From Neptuniibacter sp. (GTDB lineage Bacteria; Pseudomonadota; Gammaproteobacteria; Pseudomonadales; Balneatricaceae), in NCBI GenBank assembly GCA_050633605.1, contig JBOEGV010000016.1, positions 2,211 through 66,210 of the forward strand: a stretch of 64,000 nucleotides of DNA, given 5' to 3'. The notes below the pieces were generated by a model. It did not search any database and was not told the DNA's origin. It was given only the letters and a program-made list of their open reading frames with translations. The position numbers and the translations under genes are program-made. The stretch's first letter is position 1. Every line of letters starts with the position of its first letter. Shown in pieces: positions 11,771-22,131 of the stretch.

Positions 11771-11812
11771 AATCTAGGAGCATTTAAAATGAGTCCTAGA
11801 TTTTGCTTTTTT
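11771..11812 (+). terminator. Probable terminator between folE and photolyase
   Basis: AATCTAGGA...TCCTAGATT stem plus T-rich tail. Confidence 0.55.
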
Positions 11813-13212
11813 CAGGATCTGTAAGCCGCAATGCTTTGCTTACGTGCATAAGCATAATCAACTATGGGTACAGGTCTGCCTGCTGCACATGTAAACAAAG
11901 GATCATGCTGTTGAACTGAGTTCATACCCTTCAGTTGTGGCAACCATTGAGCAACATAATCACCATCAGGATCAAAGCGTTCTGCCTGACGCATTGGGTT
12001 AAAAATCCGAAAATACGGTGCTGCATCCGCCCCAACACCCGCACTCCATTGCCAGCCACCCAGATTGGAAGCAAAATCGCCATCGATCAGATGCTGCATA
12101 AAAAAGCGTGCTCCGAGACGCCAATCATGACGTAAAAGCTTTGTCAGAAAACCAGCAACAATCATCCTGACACGGTTATGCATCCAGCCGGTTTCAAGCA
12201 GCTGTTTTATACCGGCATCAACAATTGCGAAACCGGTTTCTCCCTCTCGCCAAAGTCTGAATATTTCTTGATTTTCTAACCATACGAGTTTGTTTTCCAC
12301 TTCTGGTTTAAAAGGTTTTAAGCTGCTCTGTTCAGGAAACAATACCAGCAGATGTCGATAAAACTCTCTCCAGATCAACTCTGTTACCCACTGATTATGT
12401 ATCCACTCGAGATCCTCGCTATATGTCTGAGCAGCAGCCAGACACTGCCGCACCGATAAAACTCCACAGCTGAGATAAGGAGATAATGACGAGGTTCCAT
12501 CGTCTGCGGGAAAATCTCGTTGCTGTTTGTAGGTTACAAACTTTTCATAAATAAAAGACTGCAATCTTGAATGCGCTATATTTTCATCTGCTGGCCACAA
12601 TACAGCCTGCCAGTTGGCACTTCCCTGATTAGCAAAGCTTATCTCTGTCGGTACAGGATCTGATTCAATAGTGAGTTTTGGCTGAAGTTTTGGTACTGAC
12701 AACGGAACAGAGGGGCTTGCAAGAAATCTTTTCTTCCAGGCACGGCTGAATGGTGTAAAGACACGGTACGGCTCAGCTTTCTGGTTTAATACAGAACCCG
12801 GAGGAAAAACCAAATCACATTCAAGTCTGTGACAGTGAATATCTTCCGCATTGAATCGCTCGAATACCCGCTGATCTCTTATCTGCTCATATTGAGGATA
12901 CTCACGATTAAAATACAACGCTCTTACCTGATACTGCTTTGCTAATGCCAACAGCTTATTCGGCAGTTCATCATTCTCATCTGCATAGATAAGCTTCAGT
13001 GGGATATTCAGTTTAGACAGCTGTTGTTGTAGGGCCGCCAGATTTGCCAACCAGAACTGTACCCGGCATTTGGCTTCATCTTGCAACTGCCATTGCTGAG
13101 GCGTAATTGCGGCAACGGCGAGAACACCCTCCCCTTTACTGTTTTCACAGGCAAGGTAGAGGGCGCTGTGGTCTCCCGTCCGTAGATCGTTACGAAACCA
13201 AACTAGGTTCAC
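11812..13212 (-). CDS. phrB: Deoxyribodipyrimidine photolyase (class I CPD)
   Basis: WFRNDLR, TSSLSPYL, ELIWREFY, GWMHNRVRM, DGDFASNLGGWQW. Confidence 0.95.
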   Translation of the reverse strand: MNLVWFRNDLRTGDHSALYLACENSKGEGVLAVAAITPQQWQLQDEAKCRVQFWLANLAALQQQLSKLNIPLKLIYADENDELPNKLLALAKQYQVRALYFNREYPQYEQIRDQRVFERFNAEDIHCHRLECDLVFPPGSVLNQKAEPYRVFTPFSRAWKKRFLASPSVPLSVPKLQPKLTIESDPVPTEISFANQGSANWQAVLWPADENIAHSRLQSFIYEKFVTYKQQRDFPADDGTSSLSPYLSCGVLSVRQCLAAAQTYSEDLEWIHNQWVTELIWREFYRHLLVLFPEQSSLKPFKPEVENKLVWLENQEIFRLWREGETGFAIVDAGIKQLLETGWMHNRVRMIVAGFLTKLLRHDWRLGARFFMQHLIDGDFASNLGGWQWSAGVGADAAPYFRIFNPMRQAERFDPDGDYVAQWLPQLKGMNSVQQHDPLFTCAAGRPVPIVDYAYARKQSIAAYRS

Positions 13213-13240
13213 CGGACGGCTCCTTCACTATAGACGCTAT

Positions 13241-14206
13241 TCAGATATAGTTCCTCAAACCCAGTTCATAAGGGTATGGATTCAGATATGCCTGCGAATT
13301 AATATAATCAGAGCCATGCCGTTTCAGATAGTGTTTCAGCAACGCGAGAGGAACAACAAGGTTCACTTGTGAGTTACGATATTGCTCTATTGCCTCCAGT
13401 AAATCCTGTTTAGTCTCCGAATCTATATCTCGTTTCAGATAGCCCATGATGTGTATCAGGGTATTGGTATGGGTTTTCCGGTTTGCCCTGTTTTTAAGAT
13501 GCCCCATCAGCTCCAGAATATACTCAGATAACACTTCTGCTATTGGTTTTTTCGGCGCTTCATTCGCCAGATACTGTCCCAACTTTTTATAACCTGTATA
13601 ACTATGAGCCATCAGCTGATATTTATGCCGACTGTGAAACTGTAAGACCTCATGCAGTGAGGGTGATTGCATGACTTCATCCTGCCAGCAAGAATAAACA
13701 AAGACACGGGTAATAAAGTTTTCTCTTAATACCGGATCATTCAAGCGCGCTTCCTCTTCAACAGGTAAAGCCGGATTGTTGCGCATAATCTGCGCTGCAT
13801 AAACACCAGAACCCGCTTCGTTAGGCATACCGTTTTCGTGGTACACCTTTACCCTCTCCATACCGCAGCTGGGTGAGCCTTTCATCAAGATATAACCGCT
13901 CAGTTCTTTGTGAGATTCAGATACAGAATCAGCATAAGCTGTTAATTTGTCAGTTACATCCAGCTCAGGATTTTTGACGCCTACCACTCTGGGAGAATCC
14001 GAACGCCCCACCAACCGAATGGGTTCACGCGGCACGGTCAGCCCGATGGAAACTTCTGGACAGAAAGGCACAAATTCAAAACAATCACTCAAAATATTCA
14101 AACAGTATTTAGAGCGTTTATGTCCACCGTCATAACGAACCTCATGCCCTAAAAGGCAAGAGCTAATACCCACTGGTATTAAACGTTTTTCATTTTCCCG
14201 TTCCAT
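13241..14206 (-). CDS. YbgA family protein (DUF523 + DUF1722)
   Basis: GISSCLLG..VRYDGGHK, CPEV.IGL..PR, SPSCG, FHSRHKY.LMAHS. Confidence 0.9.
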   Translation of the reverse strand: MERENEKRLIPVGISSCLLGHEVRYDGGHKRSKYCLNILSDCFEFVPFCPEVSIGLTVPREPIRLVGRSDSPRVVGVKNPELDVTDKLTAYADSVSESHKELSGYILMKGSPSCGMERVKVYHENGMPNEAGSGVYAAQIMRNNPALPVEEEARLNDPVLRENFITRVFVYSCWQDEVMQSPSLHEVLQFHSRHKYQLMAHSYTGYKKLGQYLANEAPKKPIAEVLSEYILELMGHLKNRANRKTHTNTLIHIMGYLKRDIDSETKQDLLEAIEQYRNSQVNLVVPLALLKHYLKRHGSDYINSQAYLNPYPYELGLRNYI

Positions 14207-14237
14207 ACTCTCACCTCAATAGTTTTACATATGGTGA

Positions 14238-14903
14238 TTAGAAGCCCGTCATCGGCTGTACGAGTTTACCCAGCAAGGTGCTGAATTTTAGAGGCGCATC
14301 AGTCGCAATCAGACAGATGCATTCTTCATTACTGTCCACTAACGGTTGATGCTCAATGTCACTATCCAGATCAGCGACATCTCCTTTAGAGAATCGCCCC
14401 ATCTCATCGGAAAAAGAGCCCTGAAGAATTAAAGTCAGTTCATTACCGTCATGAGTGTGTGGCAACATCGACTTACCAGGCGCAATACGCATTAATCTGG
14501 AAACGCCACCTCTCTCGGTTTTGAAAGGTAAATCGAAGTATTGAACACCAGGCACAAGACGCTTCCACTCCACATTTTCAAAAGAAGAACCGATGCAATC
14601 CTGTAAGGGCTTAGGAATATGGCTCGGTTGTGCTGATGATTGATGTGTATGACTACTCAGGACTTCAATATCTGGTTCATCATTCAGACACGCTAATACC
14701 TGATCCAATGCATCTTCAGATACGGTCACTTCATCCAGGTTATCGAGCAACATGCCACCAATTGCCTCGGTCTGGTTGACACGGTCACGACAGTTAGGAC
14801 AAATAGAGATGTGACACGCCACAACCAGAGCCATGGCCTGAGACATAGAGCCCGCCGTATAACTGACCAGTGTCGCTTCATCCAGGTGATGTTTAATGTT
14901 CAT
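14238..14903 (-). CDS. chrR: ChrR family anti-sigma factor
   Basis: N-terminal HH...H...C..C zinc motif, cupin PHTHDGNELTLILQGSF.D. Confidence 0.92.
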   Translation of the reverse strand: MNIKHHLDEATLVSYTAGSMSQAMALVVACHISICPNCRDRVNQTEAIGGMLLDNLDEVTVSEDALDQVLACLNDEPDIEVLSSHTHQSSAQPSHIPKPLQDCIGSSFENVEWKRLVPGVQYFDLPFKTERGGVSRLMRIAPGKSMLPHTHDGNELTLILQGSFSDEMGRFSKGDVADLDSDIEHQPLVDSNEECICLIATDAPLKFSTLLGKLVQPMTGF

Positions 14904-15496
14904 ACATCATCCCTCCACATCATTTTTAATTTTTCAGACGCCAATCGAATTCTCGATTTAACGCTACCCAATGGAATACCTAAACGATCGGATATATCAG
15001 AATGTGAACGCCCCTCAAAAAAAGACATATGTAGTACCTGAGCCTGATTTTCTGGTAATTTACTAATCGCTTTAGCCATGCGATATGAGGTAACCAGCCG
15101 TTCACCTTCATGCGGTTCATCTTCTGGTTCTTCAATCCAGTCATCTAGGGAATATTCCGGATATTTCTGCTTTCTCATCCAGTCTATGCTCTGATTCCTT
15201 GCCAGAGTAAAAATCCAGGTACTGGCAGCGGCTTTAGAACGGTTGTATAAGTGGGATTTACGCCACACAGACAGCATTGTTTCCTGCATAAGCTCTTCAG
15301 CTGTGGTTTCAACAAGCCCCAACCTAATAATGTAAGCCTTTACCTTCGGGGCGAAGTGCCTGAAAAGCTGAATATACAGCTGTTTATCTTTATTCTCAGA
15401 CAAACTCTGTAACAGATCACTCCAATCTGCTGAGCTGTTATGCTGAGTCATAGCAACCACATTTTCCACATCATCACCCGTTCCATTGTTTTCCAT
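14900..15496 (-). CDS. rpoE: ECF sigma factor, RpoE-ChrR type
   Basis: AEELMQETMLSVWRK, STWIFTLARN, GIPLGSVKSRIRL; ATG at 15496 has an AAGGAG RBS, whereas the ORF-track start at 15517 lies inside the promoter. Confidence 0.9.
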   Translation of the reverse strand: MENNGTGDDVENVVAMTQHNSSADWSDLLQSLSENKDKQLYIQLFRHFAPKVKAYIIRLGLVETTAEELMQETMLSVWRKSHLYNRSKAAASTWIFTLARNQSIDWMRKQKYPEYSLDDWIEEPEDEPHEGERLVTSYRMAKAISKLPENQAQVLHMSFFEGRSHSDISDRLGIPLGSVKSRIRLASEKLKMMWRDDV

Positions 15497-15505
15497 GTAA
15501 CTCCT

Positions 15506-15579
15506 TACGGTAGGCAATACACATCAGATCACTATCTAATGCTATTTTTTTTGTGATCCTTTCTGGCCGATCAAACGTA
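15506..15579. promoter_or_regulatory. Back-to-back RpoE promoters
   Basis: Minus strand TGATCT(15531-15526)-N16-CGTA(15509-15506); plus strand TGATCC(15554-15559)-N16-CGTA(15576-15579). Confidence 0.85.
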
Positions 15580-15599
15580 TCAAGGATATAAAAGTAATT

Positions 15600-16985
15600 A
15601 TGGATGATCTGATGACAATAACAGCTATATGCAAAAAAAGAGTAGCAATCATCGGCTCAGGGATCACAGGTCTGAGTTGCGCGTGGCTATTAAACAAAGC
15701 ACACGATGTTACGCTGTTCGAAAAAGATGACCGGCTCGGAGGTCACTCCAACACAGTGACATTTGAGCTGGATCAAACAGTGGTGGATGTTGATACCGGG
15801 TTTATTGTATTTAACCCGGTTAACTACCCAAATCTGGTCAAACTCTTCGAACATCTGAACGTTGAGCACTGCGAAACCGATATGTCTCTCGCTGTGTCGA
15901 TCAATCAAGGGCAGCTAGAATATTCCGGTACAGGCCTTAACGGCCTTCTGGCTCAGAGAAGCAACCTGTTGAAGCCATCATTCTGGAATATGATCTCAGA
16001 TTTACTCCGCTTTTATCGTGAATCAGACCAATTATTAGTTGAGACAGAACTGGATTCACTCACCCTGGGTGAACTATTAAGTAAACAGGGATATGGCAAA
16101 CAATTCATATACAACCACTTACTACCAATGGGAGCCGCTATCTGGTCAACGCCTGTGGACCAAATGCTGCACTACCCTGCCGGGAGCTTTCTAAGGTTTT
16201 GTAAGAATCACGGGTTGGTCCAGCTGAGCGATCGTCCACAGTGGCGAACTGTAGTCGGCGGCAGCAAAAATTATGTAGAAAAACTGGCGGCTGAACTGCA
16301 AGAAAACATTCAGTTAAACAGTCGTATCCATAAAATCATCCGTGAACCTCATCAAGTGATCATCGAAGATCACCATGGCAATCGCCAGTATTTTGATGAT
16401 GTAATACTCGCCTGCCACTCAGATCAGGCGCTCTCTCTGCTGGATGAACCAACCGGTGAAGAACAAGAACTGTTAGGGCATTTTCCCTACCAGCGTAATA
16501 TTGCCTACCTGCATACCGATAAACGCTTAATGCCTAAACGTAAGGCGGCATGGTCCAGCTGGAACTATTTATCTGAAGGCAACCGCGATCAGTCACAACA
16601 GGTGTCGGTAACCTACTGGATGAACAAACTACAACCTCTGAATACCGAAACCCCGCTGTTTGTCTCTCTCAACCCGATACGTGAACCCGAGCCAGGCACC
16701 CTGATCAAAAGTTTTTTTTATGATCACCCTACTTTCGGCAAGAGCTCTTTTGAAGCTCAACAACGTTTATGGCAACTTCAGGGGAAAAAGCGGACATGGT
16801 TCTGTGGTGCTTATTTTGGCTATGGTTTCCATGAAGACGGACTGCAAGCAGGATTAGCCGTTGCGGAACAACTGGGAGGGGTACCGCGCCCCTGGTTGCT
16901 TCAGGAAAAGAACAACCGTATTTTTGTAGGTGCGACCCCTAAAAAACCATATATAGATGAAAAAAAAGAGGTATTGCATGGCTGA
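15600..16985 (+). CDS. FAD-dependent oxidoreductase (amine oxidase family) of the RpoE regulon
   Basis: GSGITG FAD motif, RLGGHSNT, VDTGFIVFN, CGAYFGYGFHEDG. Confidence 0.9.
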   Translation: MDDLMTITAICKKRVAIIGSGITGLSCAWLLNKAHDVTLFEKDDRLGGHSNTVTFELDQTVVDVDTGFIVFNPVNYPNLVKLFEHLNVEHCETDMSLAVSINQGQLEYSGTGLNGLLAQRSNLLKPSFWNMISDLLRFYRESDQLLVETELDSLTLGELLSKQGYGKQFIYNHLLPMGAAIWSTPVDQMLHYPAGSFLRFCKNHGLVQLSDRPQWRTVVGGSKNYVEKLAAELQENIQLNSRIHKIIREPHQVIIEDHHGNRQYFDDVILACHSDQALSLLDEPTGEEQELLGHFPYQRNIAYLHTDKRLMPKRKAAWSSWNYLSEGNRDQSQQVSVTYWMNKLQPLNTETPLFVSLNPIREPEPGTLIKSFFYDHPTFGKSSFEAQQRLWQLQGKKRTWFCGAYFGYGFHEDGLQAGLAVAEQLGGVPRPWLLQEKNNRIFVGATPKKPYIDEKKEVLHG

Positions 16986-17790
16986 GCTGAGCAGCTGTAT
17001 CTACGAAGGCAATGTAATGCACCATCGCATGCAACCTGTTCAGCACCGTTTTGTCTACCGAGTATTCTCATGTTTCATCGATCTGGATGAACTAGCCGCT
17101 TTGAAAAAGCTACGGCTGTTTTCTATTAACCGCTTTAATCTATTTTCTTTCTATGAAAAAGATCATGGCCAGGGCGAAGGTAATCTATCCAGCCAGATAC
17201 GTTCATTGTTGAATAAACGTGGTCATAAAGCAGAAAGCTATAAGATCAAACTACTCTGCTACCCTCGTATTCTCGGCTATACATTCAACCCTCTTAGTGT
17301 CTATTTCTGCTACAACTCAAATGATGAATTACAGGTCATTCTTTACGAAGTCAGCAACACATTCGGCTCTCGACACACTTACCTATTTGATGTCGAAGGG
17401 AGCCCTGATGTCATTCGGCAGGGTTGCAACAAGTTAATGTATGTCAGCCCATTTATGCCTATGGATACCGCCTATGGGTTTCGTATCCGGCCACCCGGCA
17501 CACAAGTTTCAGTCTGTATTCGTCAAAGCACCCTGGAGGACAGCACCAATACAGCAACCCCAATTCTTGATGCCACGTTTTCAGGTAAACATCGCATTCT
17601 TGATGACCGGTCACTTGCTGCTCTTTTCCTCAAATACCCTCTCATGACGTTTAAAGTGATCGGCGGAATTCACTGGGAAGCCTTTAAACTGTGGCGCAAA
17701 AAATTAAAGATCCAACCGCGTGAAAAGAACGTAATACATAGCATCAGTTGGCAGGATAAAAGTGGAGCCATGCACTATGAAAGCTTGTGA
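16978..17790 (+). CDS. DUF1365 family protein
   Basis: G.VMHHR..P..H.F.Y, PRILGYTFNPLSVYFC, EVSNTFG, YVSPFM; GAGG RBS before 16978. Confidence 0.9.
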   Translation: MAELSSCIYEGNVMHHRMQPVQHRFVYRVFSCFIDLDELAALKKLRLFSINRFNLFSFYEKDHGQGEGNLSSQIRSLLNKRGHKAESYKIKLLCYPRILGYTFNPLSVYFCYNSNDELQVILYEVSNTFGSRHTYLFDVEGSPDVIRQGCNKLMYVSPFMPMDTAYGFRIRPPGTQVSVCIRQSTLEDSTNTATPILDATFSGKHRILDDRSLAALFLKYPLMTFKVIGGIHWEAFKLWRKKLKIQPREKNVIHSISWQDKSGAMHYESL

Positions 17791-19018
17791 GAACTCAACA
17801 ACGCTAACCCATGCTATTCAACAACCAGAACCTAACTGGCTGGAGAAAAGATTACTGACCAGGCTTAAACCTATGCTGGATCGTGAGCATGGTACACTTA
17901 ATCTGACACTGCCCAGCGGCTATCGCACCCGCCTAGGGCACAACCAACCTGAAGCTGATGTAAAACTACTCAACTATCGTCCGCTTTTACGACTCTATCT
18001 TGGTGGTATTAATGGCTGGTCTGAAAGCTACATAGCAGGTGAATGGGAAAGCCATAACCTGACATCTCTGGTGCTCTGGGCACTTTCGTATGAAGAATCT
18101 CTTACAGAAATAGCTAAAGCAAGTTTCATTACTCAGTCACTACACAACCTCTATCACTGGCAAAGAGATAACAGTCGAAAAGGCAGCCAGCGCAACATTT
18201 CTGCCCACTATGACCTAGGCAACGAGTTTTACAAACTCTGGCTGGACAAAAGCATGACGTATTCAGCCGCACTCTACAGCCAAACAGAGCAAACACTGGA
18301 ACAGGCTCAGATAAATAAAAACGCCCGTATTCTGGAGTTGCTGGATGCCAAACCCGAAGAACATATTGTTGAAATTGGTTGCGGCTGGGGCGGCTTTGCA
18401 ACCCAGGCTGCGGAAGAGAGCAACCTCAAAGTTCATGGTATTACCCTCTCTCAAGAACAGTTAAGCTGGGCTCAAGCACGGGTAACTGATAAACAACTTG
18501 AAGGACAAGTACATTGCTCCCTGACTGATTATCGTGATCTGCAACATCAGTACGATGGGGTTGTATCGATAGAAATGTTTGAAGCCGTAGGCGAAGCACA
18601 CTGGGATACCTATTTCCAAACCCTTGATAAAGTTCTAAAGCCAGGGGGCAAGGCTGTATTGCAGGTAATTACCATTGCTGAAAATCGCTTTGATGAATAC
18701 CGCAAGAATGCAGACTTCATTCAACGTTACATTTTCCCCGGTGGCATGCTACCAAGTGTTACCGCACTCAAAGAAAAAGTAACAGAGCACGACTTCGAAC
18801 TTCAGGATATGCTGCTATTCGGCAAAGACTATGCACAGACTCTACGAGAGTGGAGAGGCGCGTTTATTGCAAGCTGGGAGAAGATCAAACCACTGGGGTT
18901 CGATGAGCGTTTCTACCGCTTATGGAATTACTATCTGGCTTACTGTGAAGGCGGCTTTGAACAAGGTTCAATTGATGTGGGCTTGTATGTAATCGCCAAA
19001 AAGCACGATCAGGTGTGA
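17777..19018 (+). CDS. cfa: Cyclopropane-fatty-acyl-phospholipid synthase-like SAM methyltransferase
   Basis: NISAHYDLGNEFY, MTYSAA, EIGCGWGG, SIEMFEAVG, FIQRYIFPGG. Confidence 0.9.
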   Translation: MKACENSTTLTHAIQQPEPNWLEKRLLTRLKPMLDREHGTLNLTLPSGYRTRLGHNQPEADVKLLNYRPLLRLYLGGINGWSESYIAGEWESHNLTSLVLWALSYEESLTEIAKASFITQSLHNLYHWQRDNSRKGSQRNISAHYDLGNEFYKLWLDKSMTYSAALYSQTEQTLEQAQINKNARILELLDAKPEEHIVEIGCGWGGFATQAAEESNLKVHGITLSQEQLSWAQARVTDKQLEGQVHCSLTDYRDLQHQYDGVVSIEMFEAVGEAHWDTYFQTLDKVLKPGGKAVLQVITIAENRFDEYRKNADFIQRYIFPGGMLPSVTALKEKVTEHDFELQDMLLFGKDYAQTLREWRGAFIASWEKIKPLGFDERFYRLWNYYLAYCEGGFEQGSIDVGLYVIAKKHDQV

Positions 19019-19428
19019 GACAATTTCTTACGTATCTGCCTGATCACAGTACCCAAAACAGGTATTTTCTGCATCAGTTCTGAAGCATCCCAAAAGTCGT
19101 GATGCAGAATTATTCTGCAATGCTCATCTGCCACCACGCGACTCATACCCTCAAATTTAATCACCCCCATAGAAGGACTGGAAGCAGAAAACGTCCAGTA
19201 GAGACTGCCCTCTCGGTCGTTCTCCTGCATCCCATGTATGGTAAAGCTAACATCATTCAAACGTGTAAACATATCCTCAAGAATCGAAAGAAATGCCTGA
19301 CGGCTATAACTGTGATTAAACGGATCACGAAATTCTACATCTGTTGCTAACGACTCAAATAACAAAGGCAAATTATCTCGTGTGAGATTAGATAGTTGTT
19401 GGGCGTATGCAGGTAACCAGTTATCCAT
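19009..19428 (-). CDS. NTF2/SnoaL-like protein
   Basis: DVEFRDPFN, H.DFWDAS, IPVLG motifs. Confidence 0.85.
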   Translation of the reverse strand: MDNWLPAYAQQLSNLTRDNLPLLFESLATDVEFRDPFNHSYSRQAFLSILEDMFTRLNDVSFTIHGMQENDREGSLYWTFSASSPSMGVIKFEGMSRVVADEHCRIILHHDFWDASELMQKIPVLGTVIRQIRKKLSHT

Positions 19429-20224
19429 GTTTCTCGCTTACTATCGCAGGATTATCTGTTTTAACAGTACGACTGATCAGATTAAAGTACCAGCGATAGG
19501 GCAAGATCCGAAGTAGTTTCAGTAAATAAACAAAACGCTTTGGAAAGGTAATTTCAAAACGATCGCTGAGAAGGCCTTTAAGTATTCTTTCCGCAGCCTC
19601 ATCAGGCTCTATCAGTGCCGGCATTTTAAAATCATTTTTTTCGGTCAGTGGTGTACGCACAAACCCGGGATTAATGACCTGTAATCTAATGCCACTTCCC
19701 TTGAGGTCTAACCATAAAGATTCACATAGATTGATCAAAGCGGCTTTGCTGGCACCATAAGCTGCTGCGGTTGGTAAACCTCTGTAACCTGCAACCGAAG
19801 CCATCACTGCAAGCTGTCCTTTTCCCTTGCGTATAAACCGTTCTAGAATGGGATCGATACAGTTGACCGTACCTTGAAGGTTGACCTGAATCAGTCTGGA
19901 AAAACGCTCAGCTGAAAATTCCTGAGCAGAAAAAGGGTCATGATTTCCCGCATTTAAAATAATTAAATCAGGAATGCCCTCTCCGCAATCCCAGCTATTC
20001 ATCATAGCGCTTATTTTTTCCCTGCTCGTTATATCCAGAGGGATGGGTACAACTTTACCAGGGTACGCCTGTGTTTCTGATTTTAGCTGGTCAAGTTCAC
20101 TGACCGTGCGCGATGAGGCATAAACTGTTAACCCATACTTTGAAAACAGTGTGACCAACGCCTTCCCTATACCCCGTCCTGCCCCCGTAATCCAAACAGT
20201 TTCCCAAGGCATTACCTTATCCAT
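19421..20224 (-). CDS. Short-chain dehydrogenase/reductase
   Basis: TGAGRGIG, NAG, YGASK, PGFVRTPLT. Confidence 0.92.
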   Translation of the reverse strand: MDKVMPWETVWITGAGRGIGKALVTLFSKYGLTVYASSRTVSELDQLKSETQAYPGKVVPIPLDITSREKISAMMNSWDCGEGIPDLIILNAGNHDPFSAQEFSAERFSRLIQVNLQGTVNCIDPILERFIRKGKGQLAVMASVAGYRGLPTAAAYGASKAALINLCESLWLDLKGSGIRLQVINPGFVRTPLTEKNDFKMPALIEPDEAAERILKGLLSDRFEITFPKRFVYLLKLLRILPYRWYFNLISRTVKTDNPAIVSEKHG

Positions 20225-20801
20225 GCTCCACCTCAGATATTAAGCAACCCGGGGTTAATTCACGATGAGGTTGATCTGAAACTTTACGAATGTAGAGAGT
20301 GATCTCACCCACTTCCAAACCAAATTTTTTCATACTGGCGCGGTTAATCAGATTATTTTCGTCTACTAAAAACATCCAATCATTCAATTTGATATTCCAG
20401 GTTTTTCCATTGACGGGTATTGCAAGCGTGTACTGCCAGTTCAAAGCATTGCCAGACACTTCACCATCAGCAACACCAACCACATCACCGGCTCGACCTT
20501 GGTAAAAACGTCCCTGCTTGTGCAACTGCCAGCAACGATGCTGTTCTTCACCATCAGAAAAAGAAAACAGCTCATCCAGTACTCCCTGATCACCTTGCCA
20601 ACGGCCCAGGATATCCGCCTTAAAGCGTCTGCTTACTTTTCCCTTGTGATCCTGCACAATGCCATATGCCTCAAGATGGCCGTTAAAAAACTGACTTAAA
20701 TCCAATTCTGGGCTCTCACCTCGATAGTCATCTAAATGAGCAGAACAGGCAGATATAAATGGAATAAGTGCCATTAGGATCACCTTACTTAATCGTTTCA
20801 T
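20217..20801 (-). CDS. DUF3833 family lipoprotein
   Basis: Lipobox ISAC after MKRL start, FFNGHLEAYG, GRAGDVVG.A.G, DWMF. Confidence 0.85.
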   Translation of the reverse strand: MKRLSKVILMALIPFISACSAHLDDYRGESPELDLSQFFNGHLEAYGIVQDHKGKVSRRFKADILGRWQGDQGVLDELFSFSDGEEQHRCWQLHKQGRFYQGRAGDVVGVADGEVSGNALNWQYTLAIPVNGKTWNIKLNDWMFLVDENNLINRASMKKFGLEVGEITLYIRKVSDQPHRELTPGCLISEVEHG

Positions 20802-21300
20802 CGCGGGAATCTCCCCGGAGTTTTTTCGCGAGTTCGGGATAATTACTCTGTTCGGAAAGCCAGATATTGATAAACGCATAACTAAACTCCGGCGCAGCAA
20901 GCGTTCCAATCCAGCGCTGATTATGAAAAAAACTGCCTTTGCCTTGCTCATCAACCCAGAAACTGAATTGATCCCCTTGTCTGATCTCTGGCCAGATCTG
21001 ATCAAGCTGGATTAACCAGGCAGAAACTTTTTCCCCGGGCGCAAAAGGCTTTAACTGTTCTTCTGTTTCATCAATGAGGTCAGCTTTAGAAATATCCCGC
21101 TGATAAGTCAGTTGCAGTAACAAGGGCATTTCAGGTTGATCATAAACACCCGTTGCAGTGAAAAGTTCAGCTTTATAAACCTTAAACCAGAGGACTTTTA
21201 ACTCTGCTGCTCCTACTCGTTCCCAGTCATCAGGGGGAGTTACCTCTGTTGAAGAAACTGGCAAAAGTAGTAAAAAAAATGTAAATGCCGCTAATTGCAT
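20785..21300 (-). CDS. Chalcone isomerase-like exported protein
   Basis: VG.AELKVLWFKVYKAELF, Y.RDI, F..AF..IWLSE. Confidence 0.75.
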   Translation of the reverse strand: MQLAAFTFFLLLLPVSSTEVTPPDDWERVGAAELKVLWFKVYKAELFTATGVYDQPEMPLLLQLTYQRDISKADLIDETEEQLKPFAPGEKVSAWLIQLDQIWPEIRQGDQFSFWVDEQGKGSFFHNQRWIGTLAAPEFSYAFINIWLSEQSNYPELAKKLRGDSRDETIK

Positions 21301-21821
21301 AAGTAGGCCTCAATCGATTTACTCATCCACAGCAGCAGCGGGAACAGAAACGCCCAAATCAACGCAATTAACACCGCACTTACCAACCAGGACTGTGTCA
21401 ACTCAACCGCATTAAAATTAGCAGCGGCCATATAAGCAAAGCAGCCACCGATAGCGCCCGCTATGGGGGCAATGTACGTTTTACCATTAAAAAAAGAGAG
21501 ACTTTGCCGCAATGTAGCGCAAAACCCTATCCACAATAGAAGTAACCACAACGGTGTTATGCCCAACGTATTCTCAAACCGAAAAACGCCCAGAATCGTG
21601 AGCACACAATCAATGCAATAGCCCATTAATCCGGTGACCAGAACCACCTGGATCTCAACCACTGGCTGAATATGAAAACAAAAGTGTAAAAGCAGTAATA
21701 TAACGACAATGATCAAGGCGTCATTGCCTAAGAAAATACACAGGGACCAGATCAGATTGAAACCTAACAGGTTTACCCAGAAATTTTGCGAATGCCCTGA
21801 AAACAAATAGCCTGAAAACAT
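21291..21821 (-). CDS. DUF2878 family membrane protein
   Basis: N...F...W, PLWLLLLW..F..TL..SL; GAGG RBS before ATG 21821. Confidence 0.8.
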   Translation of the reverse strand: MFSGYLFSGHSQNFWVNLLGFNLIWSLCIFLGNDALIIVVILLLLHFCFHIQPVVEIQVVLVTGLMGYCIDCVLTILGVFRFENTLGITPLWLLLLWIGFCATLRQSLSFFNGKTYIAPIAGAIGGCFAYMAAANFNAVELTQSWLVSAVLIALIWAFLFPLLLWMSKSIEAYLCN

Positions 21822-21841
21822 AGTTACCTCTCGTATTCTGC

Positions 21842-21867
21842 TACGAAAGGCAGTCTTGAATGGATCA
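21842..21867 (-). promoter_or_regulatory. RpoE promoter for the DUF2878-to-NTF2 operon
   Basis: TGATCC(21867-21862)-N16-CGTA(21845-21842). Confidence 0.8.
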
Positions 21868-22131
21868 ACTCCCAATCTTCGGTCTACCTTACCCCACCCT
21901 CAAAACGCTCCTGTCAGACTCAAAACAACACTCATAGAAAGAATTGATTAAAAAATAATCACTTTTACTATAAATTGTAATAATTTATAGTGAAGATAGA
22001 CTTTATTACGTGAGGAGCGAATACCAGAAAATCTATAGTGTAGGAAATAACTATAAATAACCTGACATAGAACAATCAGCGATGGATCTCGCAAGACTAG
22101 CCATTTGGCTCAAACCGCAGAGGGAAAAGTT

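Noticed and set aside
20802-21005. N-terminal extension of the DUF3833 ORF (also long starts of ORFs at 25973, 37472, 50855 and 52078)
   Set aside because: Extensions overlap neighbouring genes or regulatory DNA; downstream ATGs fit RBS, lipobox or gene coupling better
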